In this document: in pieces, positions 63,051-64,000 of the stretch
Layout of the letters: each line of letters opens with the position of its first letter
Position numbering within the stretch: position 1 is the stretch's first letter
Origin: a virus
Lineage: Duplodnaviria; Caudoviricetes
Length of the DNA: 64,000 nucleotides
IMG/VR virus record: IMGVR_UViG_2802429733_000002
Span: 26,091-90,090 of that record
Reading direction: 5' to 3' (one strand)
Program-made: the position numbers and the translations under genes
The notes under the pieces: model-generated
The model's database searches: none
What the model saw: the letters and a program-made list of their open reading frames with translations, nothing else
Told to the model about the DNA's origin: nothing

Positions 63051-64000
63051 CGTTCGGGGTCGCCTCGACGCGCTACTGGGAGGAGGTTGGGCAATTCGCC
63101 TCGACATCCGGTGGCATCGAGTGGTCGCTCGCATGGTTGCAGCGCGAGGTAGGGAAAGGGACGCGGCTTCCCGCCATCACGGGAGCCACGGTCGCCAAGC
63201 TCGTCCAGAAGCGGCGTCGTGATGCCGTCCAGCGCGGCGAGATCAGCGTGCCAGTCTCGAACGCGACCGTGAACCGCACCGTGACCGAAGTGCTGAGGCG
63301 CATCCTGAAACGCGCTGCCGAGGTTTGGCGCGAGCCGGTCGCGCCGATCCGATGGCGAGACCACCTCCTCAAGGAACCCGAGGAGAGGGTCCGAGAACTG
63401 CGCGACGACGAGGAGACGAAGCTCTTCAAGAGCCTGCGGCCGGACTACCACGCGATCGTGCGGTTCGCGCTCCTCTCTGGCTGCCGGCTGAATGAGTGCG
63501 TGAGCCTGCGCTGGCAAGACGTGGACTGGGGCGGCCGTCAGATCTGGATCAAGGGGAAGGGCGACAAGCTGGCCCCGATCCCCATGCCCCCGAGCATCCG
63601 AGAGTTGCTGTGGCCCCTTCAGGGGCAGCATCCGGAATTCGTGTTCACCTACGTCGCCAAGCGCGCGAGCGAGGTCCGGCGCGTCGGGGGGCGATATCCG
63701 ATCACATACGAAGGGCTGAAGACGGCCTTCCGGCGGTTCGCGAAGACCGCCCTTCCCGGTTATCGGTTCCACGACAACCGGCACACCGCCGCGACGCGTG
63801 TGATGCGCGCCTCGGGTAACATCAAGATCGCCCAGACGCTCCTTCGGCACACCAGCATCACGACCACGACGAAGTACGCGCACGTCGTCCATGACGAGGT
63901 TCTGGATGCGATGGAGCGAGCCGCCAAAACGAGATCGGCGACACAATCTCCCGACATTTCTCCCGACATTGAGGATTCAGACAGGAAGAAAGCCAAATGA
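62867..64000 (+). CDS. int: Tyrosine recombinase (phage integrase)
   Basis: SGCRLNE (Arg), KGKGDK, HDNRH, LRH, TTKYAH catalytic residues. Confidence 0.96.
   Translation: MSTYRKTGRRFFLYDFDIGGHRFYGSTKCTSKRDADAFERARKSEARKQLEEAAALGRQPMTFGVASTRYWEEVGQFASTSGGIEWSLAWLQREVGKGTRLPAITGATVAKLVQKRRRDAVQRGEISVPVSNATVNRTVTEVLRRILKRAAEVWREPVAPIRWRDHLLKEPEERVRELRDDEETKLFKSLRPDYHAIVRFALLSGCRLNECVSLRWQDVDWGGRQIWIKGKGDKLAPIPMPPSIRELLWPLQGQHPEFVFTYVAKRASEVRRVGGRYPITYEGLKTAFRRFAKTALPGYRFHDNRHTAATRVMRASGNIKIAQTLLRHTSITTTTKYAHVVHDEVLDAMERAAKTRSATQSPDISPDIEDSDRKKAK
63947..63970 (+). repeat. Tandem 12-bp direct repeat TCTCCCGACATT (candidate integrase arm-type sites)
   Basis: Exact duplication at the 3' end of int. 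Confidence 0.6.

Larger units (their letters stand above)
1..64000. mobile_element. Temperate siphovirus prophage (HK97-type head, long non-contractile tail, cI/cro switch, tyrosine integrase); continues beyond the left edge, att sites not visible
   Basis: Complete, ordered modules: lysis, tail, head, packaging, late regulator, replication, immunity, recombination, xis/int. Confidence 0.97.

Noticed and set aside
1-64000. CRISPR array, diversity-generating retroelement, IS element, rRNA
   Set aside because: No regularly spaced repeats with unique spacers, no reverse transcriptase or TR/VR pair, no transposase and no rRNA seen; the J and collagen repeats are coding
63900-64000. attL/attR core sequences
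   Set aside because: int ends at the last base and the lysis end is cut off, so neither junction is in the window

Overview
The window is almost entirely one temperate, lambda/HK97-like siphovirus prophage of high GC content. The host is probably an alphaproteobacterium (inferred from an alpha-type LexA box, a suhB/MmgR-like sRNA and a DUF6456-like late regulator). From left to right on the minus strand: endolysin (cut by the window edge), tail fibre and tail tip, tape measure, tail tube, neck, collagen-like protein, portal, protease-capsid fusion, terL, terS and HNH. Next come a ~730-nt densely base-paired non-coding block, three tRNAs, an HU-like gene and a cos-like motif. An accessory island at ~31-37.4 kb holds a candidate type I toxin-antitoxin, two HicB-like genes, a LexA-box-preceded membrane protein + TIR pair and a SNIPE/PD-lambda-1-like nuclease. 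After that are the late regulator, a replication module (primase-helicase with a separately encoded Zn domain, DUF1376 initiator with iterons), cro/cI with operators, cI-downstream membrane genes and P63C. The plus-strand early operon (RecT, 5'-3' exonuclease, helicase, methylase, xis) ends in a tyrosine integrase whose stop codon is at base 64000. Best leads: (1) the putatively SOS-controlled TIR + 3TM defence pair; (2) the large ornate ncRNA candidate beside the tRNAs; (3) the type I TA-like unit; (4) the phage-borne MmgR/suhB-like sRNA. All product calls rest on motif recognition by eye; no database searches were run.
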